From NCBI GenBank assembly GCA_046758445.1, contig JBHIAE010000076.1:1-11452 (forward strand): a stretch of DNA of 11,452 bases, given 5' to 3'. The stretch's first letter is position 1. Every line of letters begins with the position of its first letter. The notes under the pieces are model-generated. The model was not told the DNA's origin. It made no database searches and saw nothing but the letters and a program-made list of their open reading frames with translations. This stretch comes from Candidatus Thorarchaeota archaeon (lineage in GTDB: Archaea; Asgardarchaeota; Thorarchaeia; Thorarchaeales; Thorarchaeaceae). This document shows, one piece after another, positions 7,316 through 11,452 of this stretch. The translations under genes and the position numbers were made by a program.

Positions 7316-8323
7316 ATGACTGTTCGTGTTGGTATCAACGGTTTCGGAAGAATTGGCCGCGGCTTTCTGAGGGCGGCAATGTCAAAGAAGGAGTTCGAGG
7401 TTGTTGGACTGAACGACCTTATGGATGTCAAGACCATTGCTCATTTGATGAAGTACGACACCGTGATGGGCAGATTCGAAGGAAGCGTCGAGGCAGGCAA
7501 GGACTACATGAAGGTCAATGGCGAGGATCTCAAGGTGGTATCGGAACGAGATCCTGCAAACCTTCCATGGAAGGACCTTGGTGTGGACATAGCTGTTGAG
7601 TGCACAGGTCTGTTCAGAAAGCGTGACGATGCAGCTAAGCACTTCACCGCGGGAGCCAAGAAGGTTGTCTTGAGCGCACCAGGGAAAGGAGGAGAGATGC
7701 TCACTGTTGTGCCTGGTGTGAATGATGGTGACTATGACCCGACAAAGCATGACATCATCTCAAATGCATCCTGCACCACAAACTGCCTTGCACCAATGGT
7801 GAAGGTCATTGACGAGAGCTTTGGCATAGAGAGAGGCCTAATGACGACAGTTCACGCTGTTACAAATGATCAAGTCATGCTTGATGGCCCGCACAAGGAT
7901 CTCCGAAGAGCACGCGCAGCGTGTTGGAACATAATCCCAACAACCACCGGAGCAGCAAAAGCAATTGGACTGGTGTATCCAAAGGCTGCTGGTAAGCTTG
8001 ATGGCATGGCGTTAAGGGTGCCGGTCATGGATGTGTCAATTGTCGATCTGAATGTGGTCGTTGAGAACAAAACTGATGTTGACGGAGTCAACGCAGCTTT
8101 CAAGAAAGCCTCAGAAACCGGGCCTTTGGCAGACTACTTGGCTTACCTAGACGTGCCCCTTGTGTCATCCGACTTCATTGGAGACCCGCATTCGTGTAGC
8201 TACGACTCACTAACGACTACGGTAATCGGGAACATGGTGAAGGCACTAGGATTCTATGACAACGAGATGGGCTACAGTCACCGGTTAGCCGACCTAGCCG
8301 GTATAGTCGCAACCAGCATGTAG
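7316..8323 (+). CDS. gap: Glyceraldehyde-3-phosphate dehydrogenase, type I (bacterial/eukaryotic class), probably NAD-dependent
   Basis: VGINGFGRIGR Rossmann motif, NDL, GAKKVVLSAP, catalytic SNASCTTNCLAP, TTVHA, DGPHKDLRRARAA, NIIPTTTGAAKA, GMALRVP, YDNE.GYS.R. Confidence 0.97.
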   Translation: MTVRVGINGFGRIGRGFLRAAMSKKEFEVVGLNDLMDVKTIAHLMKYDTVMGRFEGSVEAGKDYMKVNGEDLKVVSERDPANLPWKDLGVDIAVECTGLFRKRDDAAKHFTAGAKKVVLSAPGKGGEMLTVVPGVNDGDYDPTKHDIISNASCTTNCLAPMVKVIDESFGIERGLMTTVHAVTNDQVMLDGPHKDLRRARAACWNIIPTTTGAAKAIGLVYPKAAGKLDGMALRVPVMDVSIVDLNVVVENKTDVDGVNAAFKKASETGPLADYLAYLDVPLVSSDFIGDPHSCSYDSLTTTVIGNMVKALGFYDNEMGYSHRLADLAGIVATSM

Positions 8324-8364
8324 GGTCCAACGACTGGAGAAGCCCCCTACTGAGGCGAGAGTCC

Positions 8365-9408
8365 GTGGAACCAATCAGCAGGATTGATACCGAGCAGGGT
8401 AAACTCTACTTCAGGGGACATGATGCCACCCAAATAGCCAGGTTTCATAGCTATGAAGATGTCACGCATCTCCTTGTCCATGGGCACCTTCCAACTCCAG
8501 ATGAGAGCAAGCAGTTCATGAAGAGAATGATTGAACTCCGCAACATTGGAGAGCAGGATATCGACTCGATCCTATCTGAGTTCGGAAGCATTCAGGGTTC
8601 GTTCACGCTTGATTCTCCAGAGGTGCTAGTTTCAATCGGGCTCAAACGTTTCATTGAGAAACTAGACTTCTACAAAGACGACCACGGACTAAGCGCGATG
8701 GACACGGCGTTGCTCTTCGTGTCAATGGCTCCTGTAGTTGTTGCTGCCGAATGGCGCAAGATCCATGGGAAGATTCCAATCACATCAAGGAATACACTCG
8801 GTCATTCAACGAATTTCCTTTGGATGCTCAACGAAACCACTCTGGACGATTTGGCAGCTCGAGAACTTGAAACCAGTATGATACTTCACATGGATGATCC
8901 AGACAATCCTTCTCTCTCTGCCCTGGAGAGTACCTATCGTTCAACCGACTCGGTTTCCAAAGCGACTCTCGCAGCTCTAGACAAGCATGTCAGTACACTT
9001 CACCACGGGGCTGGAACAGAGGCTATGAGAATGATCAAGGAGATTGGCGGACATCCCCAAGTATCGAATCTTCTGGAATACAGACTCGGACGTGGGGAGA
9101 AGATCTTCGGACTCGGGCATAGAATCTATCGAAGTATGGATCCTCGAGCAAAGGTTCTTAGAGAGATTCTGAAGAGGAGAGGAGAAGAAGATACTCGTTG
9201 GGCCAAGCGACTCTCCGACATTGACGAGATTGCCGAGGTGGGTAGCGGATTGATTCTGGAGAAGAAAGGCAAGGCTGTTCATCCAAATGTGGACCTATAC
9301 AACGCTGCAGTGTATGAATCATTTGGAATCAGCTATCTGCTGAATACCGACCTATTTGCCATCGCACGTTCAGCCGGTTGGGCGGCGCACATTCTTGAGT
9401 TGCAATAG
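8365..9408 (+). CDS. Citrate synthase / methylcitrate synthase-fold protein, divergent
   Basis: ISRID..QGKLYFRGHD N-terminus, KIFGLGHRIYRSMDPRAK (GFGHRVY..DPRA), HPNVDLY, LFAIARSAGWAAHILE; GTG start with GAGG 9 nt upstream. Non-canonical LHMDDPDNPS and LHHGAG motifs. Confidence 0.85.
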   Translation: MEPISRIDTEQGKLYFRGHDATQIARFHSYEDVTHLLVHGHLPTPDESKQFMKRMIELRNIGEQDIDSILSEFGSIQGSFTLDSPEVLVSIGLKRFIEKLDFYKDDHGLSAMDTALLFVSMAPVVVAAEWRKIHGKIPITSRNTLGHSTNFLWMLNETTLDDLAARELETSMILHMDDPDNPSLSALESTYRSTDSVSKATLAALDKHVSTLHHGAGTEAMRMIKEIGGHPQVSNLLEYRLGRGEKIFGLGHRIYRSMDPRAKVLREILKRRGEEDTRWAKRLSDIDEIAEVGSGLILEKKGKAVHPNVDLYNAAVYESFGISYLLNTDLFAIARSAGWAAHILELQ

Positions 9409-9417
9409 AGGCCAGGA

Positions 9418-9873
9418 CTAGATTCTCTTGGTCAAGCTTGCAGCTGTTGGGCAAAGAGTGGTGAACTCGATTGACTGTCTAACGGATGCAGGGACATCTT
9501 CCCGGTCAACAGATTCAAACCCAATCTTCCGAAAGAACTCTTCGGCTGTGTCTGTGAGCAGGTATAATTGACCTATCCCTTTGACTCTCGCTCTTTCTAT
9601 GATACTGCTCACCAGTTGTTTTCCAATTCCTCTCCCTTGAAAATCCGGATGTACAGCGAGTGATCGGAGAAGGGCGTATTTGTCGTAGATTTCCAAGCCC
9701 ACACATCCAATCAGGATCTCCGGCCCTGCCACAACATGAGGACTTCGAATGATAAGAAAGTCATCTACGTGTGGCTCAATTCCATCTGGTGGAAGGTCCG
9801 TGTCCTGTAGAAATACAACGATTCCTGGAAGGTCCTTCTTGCTTGCACCTTCAATTGGAAACCGTTCGTTCAT
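9418..9873 (-). CDS. GNAT N-acetyltransferase, ArsN2-like
   Basis: IGCVGLEIY...ALLRSLAV.P..QGRGIGKQLV acetyl-CoA motif, LYLLT.TAEEFF...GF, and C-terminal VP..VRQS.EF..LCP.AA characteristic of ArsN2-type proteins. Confidence 0.85.
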   Translation of the reverse strand: MNERFPIEGASKKDLPGIVVFLQDTDLPPDGIEPHVDDFLIIRSPHVVAGPEILIGCVGLEIYDKYALLRSLAVHPDFQGRGIGKQLVSSIIERARVKGIGQLYLLTDTAEEFFRKIGFESVDREDVPASVRQSIEFTTLCPTAASLTKRI

Positions 9874-9894
9874 GGTTATTCAGTTTCCTATTGT

Positions 9895-9902
9895 CTTTAT
9901 AA
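9895..9902 (-). promoter_or_regulatory. TATA box (TTATAAAG) of the GNAT gene; probably a leaderless transcript
   Basis: Box lies 22-29 bp upstream of ATG 9873 and no RBS is visible, which matches archaeal leaderless promoter geometry. Confidence 0.55.
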
Positions 9903-9963
9903 TGTAAATGGCCAAGGCCAGAAAGATGCACCCCTTCCATCGGCTCTACTATCCCCTCAGATT

Positions 9964-9971
9964 CTTTATAG
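9964..9971 (+). promoter_or_regulatory. TATA box (CTTTATAG) of the 2-TM Zn-ribbon gene
   Basis: About 31-38 bp upstream of GTG 10002 / TTG 10005. Confidence 0.5.
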
Positions 9972-10001
9972 GGTGATTCGGAAACTTGAACACAGTGAGC
10001 T

Positions 10002-10439
10002 GTGTTGAGCCAGAATGTTGGACTGAAGATAGCTGGCATCATGTGCCTGGTGTTTGCGTTTCCTATTATCCTGGTAGTGATATTCCTGCAAGCTCTGGGC
10101 ATAGGAGAGTATGTGTTTCCGATCCTAGTACCTATCATTATAGGACTTGGTGCAACCTTCTGTTTGATCGGACTCGTCTTCGCATTTGCGGCCAGAGCTG
10201 AAAGACAGAAGGGAGTCGATTTGGACAGAGCAGTCCGTGCAGGTTACGAAGCACAGATGTTCGCAGCTGGCGATTACACAAGAGTCTACAGGCCAGGTGC
10301 GACCTTCTCCATTCCGGTCTATTGCCCTCATTGTCAGTCAGGCATTGAACTGGACAGAGTACATTGGAGTGGCCCACAGACGCTTGTGTGCCAAGAGTGC
10401 CTCAACTCAGTAGATGTAACTCTCTCTGAAGAGATCTAG
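10002..10439 (+). CDS. Hypothetical membrane protein: two N-terminal TM helices and a C-terminal Zn-ribbon (CPHC...CQEC)
   Basis: Hydrophobic segments IAGIMCLVFAFPIILVVIFLQAL and VFPILVPIIIGLGATFCLIGLVFAFAA, then IPVYCPHCQSGIELDRVHWSGPQTLVCQEC. Fills the gap between genes and has its own TATA box. Start is GTG 10002 or TTG 10005. Confidence 0.82.
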   Translation: MLSQNVGLKIAGIMCLVFAFPIILVVIFLQALGIGEYVFPILVPIIIGLGATFCLIGLVFAFAARAERQKGVDLDRAVRAGYEAQMFAAGDYTRVYRPGATFSIPVYCPHCQSGIELDRVHWSGPQTLVCQECLNSVDVTLSEEI

Positions 10440-11348
10440 TCACACAGGAGATAGGCCCCAGTCTGTAGTAGCTTGGATGGCAAGCTCCTTCTCGACTCTG
10501 CTCAGCGGGTGAATCGGAGGCCGACAGTTTCCCCCTGACAGCCCAATATAGTCCAGCATCACCTTGATAACTGGCACATTATTCGCCGTTCCTCTCCCTT
10601 CTCTCAAGTATTCGAGAGGACTGATCAATTCCTGGAGCTTCATGGCCTCTGCGTAGTCCTCTCGTCTAAGTGCACCAAGCATCGAAAGTGATACTTTAGG
10701 TGCGAAGTTACCAAGTCCAGACGTAAAGCCGGATGCTCCGGCCAGCCAGAAGAACGGGGCGAATCTCTCTGCTGTGCCGCACGACCAGACGATTGACTTG
10801 TCCATCCTCTGCACTGTCCGCGCGAAGTCAACGATGCGTCCAAATGCATACTTTACACCAACCAGACTCTCGTGACCAATGATACTCTCCAAGACATTGT
10901 CACTCAGCAAGGGGCCTTTCTTGTATAGAACTACACCCATTTCGCCGCTTGAATCGAGTATCGTCCGGAGATAGTTGAGCAGACCCTCTTCAGAGCTGAA
11001 AACGTGTTGGGGATACATCACCATCACACCTTCTGCACCAAGCTCCTCGGCTTGACGGATCATGGTTGTAGCGGTTGTCGTCGAATGACCAACTCCGGGC
11101 ATGACAACCATTTTGCCGTCCGCTGTTTCAACAGTTGCCTCCAGCACCTGCCTCCATTCTGTTTCAGACAGGGAGTAGAACTCACCTGTATTACCGCACG
11201 GTACGACCATCTTTATGCCTTCCCGAACCAGGTATTCCAGATTGGTCGACACGGCCGAGGTGTCAACGGAAGAGAGATCTTTCGTGAACGGCGTGGTTGT
11301 AGTTACAGACACCCCTTGGAGGGCATCGAACAGTCGATTATGTTTCAT
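10440..11348 (-). CDS. Dihydrodipicolinate synthase (DapA)-family class I aldolase/dehydratase, closer to the 5-dehydro-4-deoxyglucarate dehydratase-like branch
   Basis: TTPF..D..VD, PCGNTGEFYSLS..E, PGVG, catalytic Tyr (VVLYKK), Schiff-base Lys (LVGVKYA), GTAERFA...GASGFTSGLGNFAP, CRPPI.PL. Confidence 0.9.
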   Translation of the reverse strand: MKHNRLFDALQGVSVTTTTPFTKDLSSVDTSAVSTNLEYLVREGIKMVVPCGNTGEFYSLSETEWRQVLEATVETADGKMVVMPGVGHSTTTATTMIRQAEELGAEGVMVMYPQHVFSSEEGLLNYLRTILDSSGEMGVVLYKKGPLLSDNVLESIIGHESLVGVKYAFGRIVDFARTVQRMDKSIVWSCGTAERFAPFFWLAGASGFTSGLGNFAPKVSLSMLGALRREDYAEAMKLQELISPLEYLREGRGTANNVPVIKVMLDYIGLSGGNCRPPIHPLSRVEKELAIQATTDWGLSPV

Positions 11349-11397
11349 GATTCAGGCGACCTGTGACACTGAGTGTGAATCTTTGCCGCCAGCACTA

Positions 11398-11408
11398 GTT
11401 CATATATC
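11398..11408 (-). promoter_or_regulatory. Possible TATA-like box (GATATATGAAC) upstream of the DapA-family gene
   Basis: Most TATA-like sequence in the upstream region, about 50-60 bp before ATG 11348. Confidence 0.3.
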
Positions 11409-11452
11409 CGCCGATTCCGTATGGGATGAAACCATTGCTAACCGGAACCCAA

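Noticed and set aside
9406-9474. Possible TAG (pyrrolysine) readthrough of the citrate-synthase-like gene, giving Q*RPG that mimics the missing 'RP' arm
   Set aside because: The spacing is too short compared with canonical HILEQ-x(5-8)-RP, the downstream residues do not match, the extension overlaps the convergent GNAT gene, and there is no Pyl evidence in the window.
3216-11366. Remaining short ORFs of the six-frame track nested in or antisense to the called genes (e.g. 4096-4509, 4886-5272, 7306-7599, 9851-10138, 11004-11366)
   Set aside because: They overlap well-supported CDSs and have no recognisable domains or independent expression signals.

Overview
Gene-dense prokaryotic window of roughly 50% GC that looks archaeal: GGAGGTG/AGGTG ribosome-binding sites, BRE/TATA-like boxes 25-35 bp upstream of starts, and TTG/GTG starts. 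A Thorarchaeota-like (Asgard) origin is my inference, mainly from a 2-TM + Zn-ribbon protein type, and is not proven. Left to right: (1) a large MacB/FtsX-type ABC permease on the minus strand that runs off the left edge and is missing from the ORF track; (2) a divergent tandem pair of DUF4140/coiled-coil/DUF4139 (MuiA-like) paralogs without signal peptides; (3) a convergent M20 (ArgE/DapE-like) metallopeptidase; (4) a bacterial/eukaryotic-type (class I) GAPDH followed by (5) a divergent citrate-synthase-fold protein with altered active-site motifs and no terminal arms; (6) an ArsN2-like GNAT; (7) a small 2-TM Zn-ribbon protein; (8) a DapA/KDGDH-like class I aldolase/dehydratase. No rRNA, tRNA, CRISPR or mobile element was recognised. 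The best candidate for an undescribed system is the DUF4139 pair: at the same position one paralog has a strongly basic + polyproline insert and the other a strongly acidic Tyr-rich insert, suggesting a charge-complementary hetero-oligomer. The degenerate citrate synthase next to a class I gap is the second candidate.
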